From a virus (taxonomy: Duplodnaviria > Heunggongvirae > Uroviricota > Caudoviricetes): DNA of 46,454 bases. Shown here piece by piece: positions 1 to 9,263 of the stretch. The notes below the pieces were generated by a model, which was given only the letters and a program-made list of their open reading frames with translations, was not told the DNA's origin and made no database searches. The stretch lies in the IMG/VR virus record IMGVR_UViG_3300043024_000042; one strand, given 5' to 3'. Every line of letters begins with the position of its first letter. Position 1 is the stretch's first letter. The position numbers were made by a program, and so were the translations under genes.

Positions 1-1
1 G

Positions 2-3000
2 TTCAACTCTGTGGCGGACGAGCTGACGCGCTGTGATTTCCTTGACTATGTATTGGATGATAACATGATTCACTACACGGGCCTCTCCAATTTCTCTTTC
101 TATGCCAATAGTGTGGAAAACCTTGCCGAGCGTATTCAGGCCAATCTCGACAGACTTTACACGGGTGACAAAAAGTGGACCGTAAAGGTGGACCCCTCGT
201 GTGTTACCGCCGACAAGAATATATCCGTCACTTCCATAAGCTGCTTTGACGCGCTCGCCCTTGTGAACAGTCAGTTCTATGTGAACTATACCATCAAGGG
301 CAGGGTAATCACCATCGGAGCGGAAGCGGTGGCGGTAAGCAATGTATTCGGCTATGGCAAGGGGAATGGCTTGTATGACATCAAGCAGACTACCGACCAA
401 GATACGAAAATCATTACCAGACTGCGTGCGTTCGGCTCTACCAAGAATATGCCGTACCGTTACTATAACAAACGTGGTCTCTCGGAGAGCCAGTATTGCC
501 CCAACCTAATGTTGCCTGACTATATTGCCAACGGTCAGGACACCTATATTGATGCGGACGGTTATCAGGATGGTAATGGCTATGTGGAGGCGGAGGATAA
601 AATCAGTCTGTATGGCATCCGTGAGGGCACCGTATATTTTGATGGCAGCGAGGATTTGTTCGGTACCGGTGAGGATAATGAGATTTACCCAACCTTGGAG
701 GGCATGACCTTTGCCGAGGTACAGGCGGCAGGATACACTATTACCGCCCCCATCGGAGATAACGGCAAACTCGATGAGATACTGTCTGCCGAGAACCCCG
801 AGGATGATGGTATCGCTCCGGATGATGGCACAGAGATTCAAAGCACCTTCAAGATTCGCCTCAAGGATTTCGGTGTGGACCTTAGCGAGAGGGAGAATGG
901 AGCATACAAGTATGCGTCCACGGACGGTACTATGACCATTTGCATGAAGAGCGGAATGTGTCAGGGCAGAGAGTTCGAGATTGTGGAGAATGGCATCACG
1001 CGCATTGAAGAGAGTGGATACGTCTGCTATGAACTGGAGTGCAACCGCGTGGAGGATTTATCATTCTACTACCCCTATAATGTGTATAGAATAGAGGCTG
1101 GAGACCAATTCGTTATCACCAACATCCAGATGCCCGATGTGTACGTGGAGGCTGCGGAGCAACGCTTGAAAGCATCCGCGCTGCTCTATCTGAAAGAGGT
1201 GTACGAGACAAAGTATAAGTTTGAGCCTTATCTGGACGAGAAATACATGATCGAGCATCCTGAACTTGCGGAATCAATCTGCGAGGGTATGCTGCTCAAC
1301 TTTTCCGATAGCGACCTCGGCATCGCGGCTTCCGTCACGATTGCGCAGCTGGTGATTAAGGAAGGGGAGGGGCTGACACCCTTGTATGAGGTGACACTTA
1401 ACGATGATGTGGAAAGTTCGACCATCGACAAGATTACCGCGCAAATCGACAAGATTTCATCGGGTCTGACGGATGGTTCCATGGGCATCAACAAGTCGCA
1501 GACCAACTCCCTTATCCAGACTATCGGTAGCCAGTTGTTTCTTAGCAAGACTGATGCGGACACCGCGCAAGGCAAGATAACCTTCAACAAGGGCTTGCAG
1601 AGCAAGGGTGAGACCATCCTCGGTGACAAGTTCGTGGACGGTATGCTGGGCGGCACGGGAGCGAAGTTCGACAATAAGGGCAATGCCATCATGCAGAGCC
1701 TGACTTGTTATGGGCTCATCCAAACCCCCGAACTGCGGTTCAATAGGGTGGACGTCATATCGGGCGAGACATGGAACGCGCCGGGCTTCGGCACGATAAA
1801 GAGCGTGGACACACAAAGACAGATAGCGACCCTGCTGCTTGAAGAGGGCGAGTATGCCAGTGTCAAGCAGAACGACATCTGCCGCGGTATATTCTGCAAC
1901 TTCGGGGAGGGCACGCAGAGCGAAGAGAAGGACGATTGCGGGTTCTACACTATGGTGGGATTCTCCACGGCCTACTTCACCCCCACGGAGATTCTTACAA
2001 ACGAGGCGGGTTCATGCTCATTCAAGTACGCTCTTAAGGCGGGAACGACAGTGCATCCCAGTGTGGCGATGAAGTTTGCCGTTTACGGTTCCTTCACCGA
2101 CAAGGACAGACAAGCGAGTGCCTACGAGACCCGCACGATGGGAAGATATTACCGCAACGTCAACACTTGGGAGATAGACAATGACAAGCACCTCTTCATG
2201 GCTACCCTGGACTTGTCAGACATCACGGTCGGTACCTTGCAACTCGAGGGTTACGGGGTGTACTGTGACAATATGTATATCAAGGGCAGGATTCTCGAAA
2301 TCAGACCCGAGGATTTGGCGGTGCTCAAAGGCGAGGATGCCTATTCGGTGAGCCTCACGGGTGAAGAGGGCCTTGTCCTCGTGAACGACTACGGGGAGAT
2401 AGTGGGCGGCACGGAGGCCTTGCAGAACGTCACCACGCAGGCTTACAACGTCACCAGCGGGGCCTACAACGTGGTGGCCCTCGGATACCGGCTGACCACA
2501 AGGATACAAGCCTTCCGAGGCTCCGAGGAATTGGAATACTCCGCGGAGTACGGGGAGGACAAGTTCATGGTGGCCCTCACGTGCATCGGCTGCTCGGCTA
2601 TGGTGGTGAACGGTGTAATGACGATATTGAGTGTGTCCGATGTGGATGAGTGCTACGTCATTATGACTGTCAACTGCGAGGGAAAATCCGTGTTCGAGAA
2701 GAGATACAACGTCACTGCCGTAAGAAACGGCTCATCGCCTCTGACTGCCGACATTGACAACGAGATGGCTGCTGTGGCCTGCGATTCGGACGGAAACGTG
2801 CTGTTCGGCCTGCCCCTTACCACGAATGTGAGCGTATGGCACGGAACGACCCAACTTGACATTGATTCGATAATCTTGTCCGCCCCCGAGGGAGTGACGG
2901 CCCAGGGGAACCGCAAGCCCGATTTGAATAGCAAATACGGAACGGTCACTGTAACGGACATCACCAAGGAGGCCGAAAACGTCCTACCCATCAACATCAC

Positions 3001-6000
3001 CGTCAAGGCCTCGTATGCCGGTGCGCAGTACGAGAATAGGCTGGTGTTCACGTGCAACAAGCAGGTGTGCGGAGAGAACGCTTTGATTTATCAGTTGGCC
3101 CCATCTGTGAGCAGTGTGAAGATAGACGAAGAGGGTAACTACTCCGATGCGGTGCTCCAGGTGAAGGTAACGCGGTCGGACGGTAAGACCATCACCACTC
3201 CCGACACATTGCCCGACGGGTTGAAGATAACCTCCCAACTCCCCGGCGATACGGAGAAGGAGTATGCTTATAACTCCATCCTCGCCTTAAGCAAGAACCA
3301 AATCACGGGTAACGTGAAGTTCTTCCTCTATGCCGGGGATGTGCTTATCGACCAGGAGACCATTCCCATCCTGGAGGATGGCAAGAGCGTGATCATCGCG
3401 GACATGGATAACGAAATGGATGCGGTGGCTTGTGACGAGGATGGCAACGTCCTTGACGGATTCCTTCCCGTTTCGACCACTTACAAGATGTACGCAGGGT
3501 CCCAGCAACTCGCCCTCACCTCGTTGAAGGTGGACGGGATTTCGGGTGTGACGGCAACGGCAGATGCCGAGACGGGCGAGGTCAGCGTGACGGGTATTAC
3601 CAAGAGTGCGGACGCGACCCTTAGAATCCCCATCACGGGCACGGCCTATTTCGGAGGGATGATTTATTCACGCACGTTGTATTTCACGGTGAACAAGCAG
3701 ATATGTGGTGAAAATGCCGTTATCTATCAGTTGCTCCCTTCGGTGAGTGCCGTCAAGATAGACAAGTCGGGGACGTATATCCCCAAGACGTTGAAATGCA
3801 CGTTGAGATACACCAACGGCAAGACAGCCAGCGACACCTCGACCCTGCCAAGCGGTTACTCGATGAAGGTGTCCTACGGGAGCAATGCCGCCTTGAATTA
3901 TACGATAGGCAGTGCGTTGGACATCACGAATGTTTCCGACAGCGTGACGTTCTATCTCTACTCGGGTTCTACCCTTGTGGACAAGGAGACCGTTCCCGTG
4001 GTCGAGGACGGAGCGGACGGGCAGGTGAGTTTCACCTCGTTCGTGTTCAAGCGGACGAACAGCAAGCCTTCCACTCCTTCGGGAGGCTCGTTCCTTGACC
4101 CCATCCCCTCGGGCTGGGATGATACCATCCCCTCGGGAGAAGAGATAGCGTGGATGAGCAAGAGGATATTCACCTCCGATGGGGAGGCTCCGCAGGAAAA
4201 CGGATGGTCCGACCCTATACAAATGACCGATACGGCAGACTTCGATGTGGACTTCTGCAAAACGGAGACCTACGTCACACCCACGGGACACCCGAACACC
4301 GCCAGCGGATGGAGCAATGATGGTACGGATGCCATTTGGATGGCGACCTCGAGGAAATCCAATGGGGTGTGGACGGATTGGGTCGTGTCGAAGATTAAGG
4401 GGGAGAAAGGCGAGGACGGAGACGATGGCAGCAATGCGGACGCTTTCGAGATTCTTCCCTCCGTGCAGTATATCAAGATTGACGCAGACGGCAACCGTTC
4501 TGTAAAGTCGATAACCGTGGCCGTGAATTATATCTCCGGCACGAATGTAACGAAGGTCACTTCATTTAACAGCAGCAGTTCGATATACACGCATCCCCAA
4601 TTATGCTATCAGATTGACGGAGGAACTATTACGGAGACGAATATCGGCAAGAGCATTGACGTAAGCAAGGCGCAGAGCGTGGTGAAGATTATCCTTTACC
4701 AATACTATGGTTTCAGTAGTTTGAAGTTCGTCCGCACGGAGAAGGAGATTCAGGTCGTGTCAGATGGCACTAACGGTACTGACGGTGAGAATGGTGTTAC
4801 CGCATCATTCTATCGCATTACCCCATCCCATCTGCCCCTCCGTCAGAGCCGCACGGGAACGATAAGCCCGCAGTCCTTTGCGGTGACGTGTCAGAAGGTG
4901 GAGGGGTCAGCGGTAAGCGATGCCACCCCGACAAAATGGAGCGTGGAAGGTTCCACGGACGGGAGTTCCTGGACAACCTATTCCAGCAGCAACTACTCCA
5001 CGAGTGGCGCAACGCTTACCGTCAAGTCCATCAGCACGTCATACACCTTCTACCGCATCGGTGCTTATATTGGCAGCAGTTGGGTATACGCTTATGCAAG
5101 TATGTCCATTGACGGTAGCAATGGTGATGATGGCGATGGTATCGAGAGTATCGTGGAGAAATATGCCACCTCGACAAGCGGGACGACCGCCCCTGCGGAT
5201 AGCGAGTTCAAGACCACCATTCCAACCCTAAACAAGGGTTATTACCTATGGAACCAAGAGGTGATCACCTACACGATAAGCGGTGAGGTGAAGGGTGACA
5301 AGAAGGTTATCGGCTATGCGGGTGAGAATGGTACTGACGGAAAGGGTATTACCAAGGTGGAGGAATACTATTTGGCATCCTCCAAATCCTCGGGAGTGAC
5401 TAATGCCACGAGCGGGTTCACCACGGACTTGCAATCAGTGTCGGAGAGTGCCCCCTATCTGTGGAACTACTCGAAGATAACCTATACGGACAATACCACG
5501 ACCAGTTCGACCGCTGTAATTATCGGTATGTGGGTCAAGGGTGATACGGGTTCCATGCCGAGATATTGCGGTACGTATGATTCATCCACCTACTATACGT
5601 ATGACGCGAATTATCGTGACATCGTGGTTTATGGAGGGTCAGCATGGATTGTGAAGACGTATAACACGAGCAAGAAGGGTCAGACACCTTCCTCATCATC
5701 GAGTTTTTGGGAGGCTGCGACATCCTTCTCCTTCGTGGCGATGGACACCGCACTCATTGACGGGGCGAATATCGCAGGATTCGCGTTCAAGGATAACAAG
5801 ATGATGTCGCGGGACACCAATGGCAACTTGATTTTGGACGGAAAGAATGGTACGCTGGTAGCCAACGACATCACTGCCAATGGCACATTCGTCAGTGGCA
5901 CATCGGGAGGTCAGAGAGCGGAGTTGAGTTCCAATGACCTTGTTATCTTCGATGCGGACGGTAATGAGTGTAACAGATTCACGGGTACGAGCATAGGAAC

Positions 6001-6991
6001 GAGTGCCATTCCGTCAAGCTCATCTGTAAGCATTTCACTGACCACAGCGGCTGACAAAACGAGTGGAAGTACAGCCGCGAAAACGAACCTTACGAGTACA
6101 TTTACCGTCAAATCATCGGGCGTGATAAAGATTACGTATAGCGACCTTAAGGTAAGCGTTACATATACCCAGCCGAGTTCGGGCTTGAAGGCTTTTTGCA
6201 CGGGCACTGTTACGCTGTATTTGTGTGAAATGACGGGTTCATCATCGTCAGCATCCATATCCAGCAAAAAAGTGATAGTGGATGCCGCGGTTCAAGGTGA
6301 TGGAACATCCGGCACAAATACATCAGGTACTGGCAGCGGAACGAAATATATGCAGGTGGAGAGCGGATATTACCGTATCTACGCTTTCATTACCGCCACT
6401 CCAGGCACAACAACATCGCTCACAACGACGGGATATTGGAATCTGACTGCGGTGGAGTTTACGCAGGACGTATTCCGTTCCATCCATTTCAAGCAGGGCA
6501 TCGTCCTTTCGCAGACCACGAAGGATTATGTAGCCATGATGACGGATGGGTCGAACATGATATTCGAGGCGATGAGTAACGGAGTGGGTATCCGGGCGAG
6601 AGGTGGGAAATTGCAAATGACGCGGGATGGCTCCACGTGGGGAACTATGCCGATGTTGCTTTATAAAGGATATGCGAAGTATGATTCTGCGAATAGTAAA
6701 TATGAATTGACTATAAATTTTGCTTATAACGGTAAAACAACTGGCGGAAAAGTTTCTTACAATTCTAAAAATGTAGGGCAGGTGACTATAACTTTCCCTT
6801 CTTCTGTATTCGATGAAGATAGCACGATAGTACACGCTATCGGTGCGAAAAATTTAGGAAACAATGATTCATCGAAGGGGGCTTTTTATGTTACATTATG
6901 GGGTATTACCGAGAGTACACTTACATTCTCCGTTTCGGATGATGAAACTTTAAACAATGGGTCATTCATGTTTGATATTTGGCAAATTTAA
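2..6991 (+). CDS. Giant phage tail / tail-fibre protein, >2326 aa, 5' end outside the window
   Basis: Frame is open from position 2. The N-terminal part resembles Bacteroidales phage tail proteins (RLRAFGSTKNMPYRYY). It is followed by repeated beta-rich modules and short DG/NG collagen-like linkers. It lies directly upstream of the fibre genes and lysis cassette. Confidence 0.8.
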   Translation, partial: FNSVADELTRCDFLDYVLDDNMIHYTGLSNFSFYANSVENLAERIQANLDRLYTGDKKWTVKVDPSCVTADKNISVTSISCFDALALVNSQFYVNYTIKGRVITIGAEAVAVSNVFGYGKGNGLYDIKQTTDQDTKIITRLRAFGSTKNMPYRYYNKRGLSESQYCPNLMLPDYIANGQDTYIDADGYQDGNGYVEAEDKISLYGIREGTVYFDGSEDLFGTGEDNEIYPTLEGMTFAEVQAAGYTITAPIGDNGKLDEILSAENPEDDGIAPDDGTEIQSTFKIRLKDFGVDLSERENGAYKYASTDGTMTICMKSGMCQGREFEIVENGITRIEESGYVCYELECNRVEDLSFYYPYNVYRIEAGDQFVITNIQMPDVYVEAAEQRLKASALLYLKEVYETKYKFEPYLDEKYMIEHPELAESICEGMLLNFSDSDLGIAASVTIAQLVIKEGEGLTPLYEVTLNDDVESSTIDKITAQIDKISSGLTDGSMGINKSQTNSLIQTIGSQLFLSKTDADTAQGKITFNKGLQSKGETILGDKFVDGMLGGTGAKFDNKGNAIMQSLTCYGLIQTPELRFNRVDVISGETWNAPGFGTIKSVDTQRQIATLLLEEGEYASVKQNDICRGIFCNFGEGTQSEEKDDCGFYTMVGFSTAYFTPTEILTNEAGSCSFKYALKAGTTVHPSVAMKFAVYGSFTDKDRQASAYETRTMGRYYRNVNTWEIDNDKHLFMATLDLSDITVGTLQLEGYGVYCDNMYIKGRILEIRPEDLAVLKGEDAYSVSLTGEEGLVLVNDYGEIVGGTEALQNVTTQAYNVTSGAYNVVALGYRLTTRIQAFRGSEELEYSAEYGEDKFMVALTCIGCSAMVVNGVMTILSVSDVDECYVIMTVNCEGKSVFEKRYNVTAVRNGSSPLTADIDNEMAAVACDSDGNVLFGLPLTTNVSVWHGTTQLDIDSIILSAPEGVTAQGNRKPDLNSKYGTVTVTDITKEAENVLPINITVKASYAGAQYENRLVFTCNKQVCGENALIYQLAPSVSSVKIDEEGNYSDAVLQVKVTRSDGKTITTPDTLPDGLKITSQLPGDTEKEYAYNSILALSKNQITGNVKFFLYAGDVLIDQETIPILEDGKSVIIADMDNEMDAVACDEDGNVLDGFLPVSTTYKMYAGSQQLALTSLKVDGISGVTATADAETGEVSVTGITKSADATLRIPITGTAYFGGMIYSRTLYFTVNKQICGENAVIYQLLPSVSAVKIDKSGTYIPKTLKCTLRYTNGKTASDTSTLPSGYSMKVSYGSNAALNYTIGSALDITNVSDSVTFYLYSGSTLVDKETVPVVEDGADGQVSFTSFVFKRTNSKPSTPSGGSFLDPIPSGWDDTIPSGEEIAWMSKRIFTSDGEAPQENGWSDPIQMTDTADFDVDFCKTETYVTPTGHPNTASGWSNDGTDAIWMATSRKSNGVWTDWVVSKIKGEKGEDGDDGSNADAFEILPSVQYIKIDADGNRSVKSITVAVNYISGTNVTKVTSFNSSSSIYTHPQLCYQIDGGTITETNIGKSIDVSKAQSVVKIILYQYYGFSSLKFVRTEKEIQVVSDGTNGTDGENGVTASFYRITPSHLPLRQSRTGTISPQSFAVTCQKVEGSAVSDATPTKWSVEGSTDGSSWTTYSSSNYSTSGATLTVKSISTSYTFYRIGAYIGSSWVYAYASMSIDGSNGDDGDGIESIVEKYATSTSGTTAPADSEFKTTIPTLNKGYYLWNQEVITYTISGEVKGDKKVIGYAGENGTDGKGITKVEEYYLASSKSSGVTNATSGFTTDLQSVSESAPYLWNYSKITYTDNTTTSSTAVIIGMWVKGDTGSMPRYCGTYDSSTYYTYDANYRDIVVYGGSAWIVKTYNTSKKGQTPSSSSSFWEAATSFSFVAMDTALIDGANIAGFAFKDNKMMSRDTNGNLILDGKNGTLVANDITANGTFVSGTSGGQRAELSSNDLVIFDADGNECNRFTGTSIGTSAIPSSSSVSISLTTAADKTSGSTAAKTNLTSTFTVKSSGVIKITYSDLKVSVTYTQPSSGLKAFCTGTVTLYLCEMTGSSSSASISSKKVIVDAAVQGDGTSGTNTSGTGSGTKYMQVESGYYRIYAFITATPGTTTSLTTTGYWNLTAVEFTQDVFRSIHFKQGIVLSQTTKDYVAMMTDGSNMIFEAMSNGVGIRARGGKLQMTRDGSTWGTMPMLLYKGYAKYDSANSKYELTINFAYNGKTTGGKVSYNSKNVGQVTITFPSSVFDEDSTIVHAIGAKNLGNNDSSKGAFYVTLWGITESTLTFSVSDDETLNNGSFMFDIWQI
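2741..4012 (+). repeat. Tandem duplication of a ~213-aa module inside the tail protein
   Basis: ADIDNEMAAVACDSDGNVL...LYAGDVLIDQETIPILEDG is followed by ADMDNEMDAVACDEDGNVL...LYSGSTLVDKETVPVVEDG. Both copies contain (C/V)NKQ(V/I)CGENA(L/V)IYQL. Confidence 0.85.
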
Positions 6992-7002
6992 AACATAAAG
7001 AT

Positions 7003-8703
7003 ATGGCAGAAACAACGAATGAAACATTACCGAACCTCGACATACGGGATTTCACCTCGGTGTCGGGATTGGAGAGCACGGACAATATTCTTCTTGTCCT
7101 TGCAGGTGGCGCGGCAGGACAGATTTCCGTGGGCCTCTTCAAGCGGTCGGTCAGCAAATCCGTCAAGCCATCCATTCAGGACGGGTATTGGTGGATAGGT
7201 GATGAGAACACAGAGGTACAAGCGGAGGGCACGACACCCGAGTTTCAGAAGGGAGAGTTGGGTGTCTATTGGAAGTACACCACCGAGAATGACAGTTACT
7301 GGCGGTTGCTTGTGAACTACACCGACATTGCGATGAAGTTCGAGGATTTGACGGACGAGCAAAGGCAGATGCTCATTCCCCATCTTAGCGATTTGACGGA
7401 GGATGAGATAGCCGAGTTGCAGAAACCCGCCAACGACATGATAGCCGTGCTTAAGCAGACGAACCAGGACGTGTCGCAGGCCGAGAACGCGCGGGCCGCA
7501 GCGGAATCCTCGAGAGTGGATGCGGAGAGCCAGCGTGTGACGGAGTTCGCCACACTTAAGAAGGCCTCGGAGGAAAGCACGGATTATGCCAACGAGGTGG
7601 CCCAGCATCCCACCTACGTGGGTGAGGACAACTACGTCTATGTGTGGAACCATACCACACAGACCTTCGACAAGACCAGTAAGTTGGTCAAGGCGGGCGG
7701 TCTGACCATTGACGTAATCTATTCCTCCGTGGCCGAGTTGGAGGCTGACACCCGTGCATGGAACGATGGACTTTTCGCTATGGTGAACACCAATGACGTG
7801 GAGAACCCCGAGGATGCGCGGTTGTACATCCGCCATTCGGGTAAATGGGATTTCGTCTGTGATATGTCGGGTGCCATCGGTCTGACGGGCAAGACCCCGC
7901 AGTTCTTCATCGGAACCATCTCTTTGGGCAAGAATTTGAAGGACGCTGCGGTATCCTTAAGTTATGCGGGGAAAGACGATGATGGGAATCCCAAGTACGA
8001 CATCAACTACACCATCCCACGACTGACGTATGATGATTTGACCGAAGAGCAGATAGCCGAGTTGCAGAAACCCGCCAATGACATGATAGCGGTGTTGAAA
8101 GCCACCAACGAGGCTGTGACGGATGCCGAGAGCAAGCGCGTCACTGCGGAGGATGCAAGGGCCAAGGCCGAATCATCCCGTGTCACTGCCGAATCGGGCC
8201 GTGTGACAGCCGAGGACAAGCGCGTCACCGCGGAGAACACCCGCGTGAGCCAGGAATCCGCGAGGGTCACTGCCGAGACGGAGCGTCAGAGCAATGAAGA
8301 GGTGCGTAAGTCCAACGAGACGGAGCGACAGACCAACGAGACCACGCGGAAGAACGCGGAGGCCCTTCGCCAGCAGCAGTATCAGAAATGCGTCACGGCC
8401 ACCGATGATGCGGTAAAGGCTGCGGACAAGGCCAACACCGCAGCGACCACCGCCGACACCGCAGCCGCCAAGGCCCAGGATGTGGTCGACCACCCCACGA
8501 AGATGGGCGACAATGGTAATTGGTGGCAGTGGAACGCTGACACCCAGCAGTGGGAAGATACGGGGGTGATGGCCCGTGGCGGTCTGCTCTATCCCACCTT
8601 CTACGTGGATCAAAACTTCCACTTGCAGATGAGCAGCGAGAATGAGATGAACGAGGATATGATAACGCTCGGGAGTGACGGACATTTGTATGTACAATTT
8701 TAA
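7003..8703 (+). CDS. Tail-fibre protein with Ala/Glu-rich coiled-coil stalk (566 aa; likely start ATG 7003)
   Basis: AES-RV-AE heptad-like repeats; two internal copies of DLTE-x2-IAELQKPANDMIAVLK; C-terminal GDNGNWW...YPTF module. Confidence 0.7.
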   Translation: MAETTNETLPNLDIRDFTSVSGLESTDNILLVLAGGAAGQISVGLFKRSVSKSVKPSIQDGYWWIGDENTEVQAEGTTPEFQKGELGVYWKYTTENDSYWRLLVNYTDIAMKFEDLTDEQRQMLIPHLSDLTEDEIAELQKPANDMIAVLKQTNQDVSQAENARAAAESSRVDAESQRVTEFATLKKASEESTDYANEVAQHPTYVGEDNYVYVWNHTTQTFDKTSKLVKAGGLTIDVIYSSVAELEADTRAWNDGLFAMVNTNDVENPEDARLYIRHSGKWDFVCDMSGAIGLTGKTPQFFIGTISLGKNLKDAAVSLSYAGKDDDGNPKYDINYTIPRLTYDDLTEEQIAELQKPANDMIAVLKATNEAVTDAESKRVTAEDARAKAESSRVTAESGRVTAEDKRVTAENTRVSQESARVTAETERQSNEEVRKSNETERQTNETTRKNAEALRQQQYQKCVTATDDAVKAADKANTAATTADTAAAKAQDVVDHPTKMGDNGNWWQWNADTQQWEDTGVMARGGLLYPTFYVDQNFHLQMSSENEMNEDMITLGSDGHLYVQF

Positions 8704-8713
8704 ACTTTAAGAT

Positions 8714-9244
8714 ATGGCGACAGTTACTAAGACAGATGTGGGCAAGGTTGCGGTACGGCCTTGCGGCACACACTCCGAGACGAGGGAGTATGAGCGTCTT
8801 GACCTTGTGTACAAGGGCAATTCATCCTACGTCTCCTTGCAGGACAAGAACATCGGGCACAGCGTCACGGACACCGCGTGGTGGCAGCTCATCGTGGACG
8901 GGGACACCGCCAGCGATGCGGCCTCGAAAGCATCATCCGCGGCCACCAGCGCATCGGACGCGGCCACCAAGGCTACCGCGGCCACCACCACGGCCAAGGA
9001 GCAGGCTGACAGAGCCAAGGCCCTTGCCGACAACCCCAGCAAGATTGGGGAGAACGGGAATTGGTGGACGTACAGCGAATCCGCGGGAGGCTACATTGAC
9101 ACGGGCATCCTGGCCACGGGCGGTGTGGTCTATCCCTCCTTCGATGTGGACGGGGAAGGGCAACTCATCATGTCCTCTGACGATGAGGTGTCCGCAGACC
9201 ACTTCAAGATGGACGAGGACGGGGTTTTGAATTACGAGTATTAA
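8714..9244 (+). CDS. Small tail-fibre-associated protein (176 aa)
   Basis: N-terminal module is shared with 9264..11381 and C-terminal module is shared with 7003..8703; Ala-rich linker between them. Confidence 0.65.
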   Translation: MATVTKTDVGKVAVRPCGTHSETREYERLDLVYKGNSSYVSLQDKNIGHSVTDTAWWQLIVDGDTASDAASKASSAATSASDAATKATAATTTAKEQADRAKALADNPSKIGENGNWWTYSESAGGYIDTGILATGGVVYPSFDVDGEGQLIMSSDDEVSADHFKMDEDGVLNYEY

Positions 9245-9263
9245 CTTTTAATTTATTGAGAAT

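Noticed and set aside
4750-5360. DG/NG collagen-like repeats as a novel element
   Set aside because: Short linkers of this kind are routine in phage tail fibres.
7027-7836. Long antisense and alternate-frame ORFs (also 23130-23918, 24009-25142, 39651-40685, 43848-44666)
   Set aside because: They lie wholly opposite well-supported genes and show no motifs; they are expected shadows of GC-rich codon usage.
2-9244. Second VR in another tail gene
   Set aside because: I saw no further TR-like copy at the 3' ends of the other tail genes. This was checked by eye only; a local alignment on both strands, and outside the window, would be decisive.
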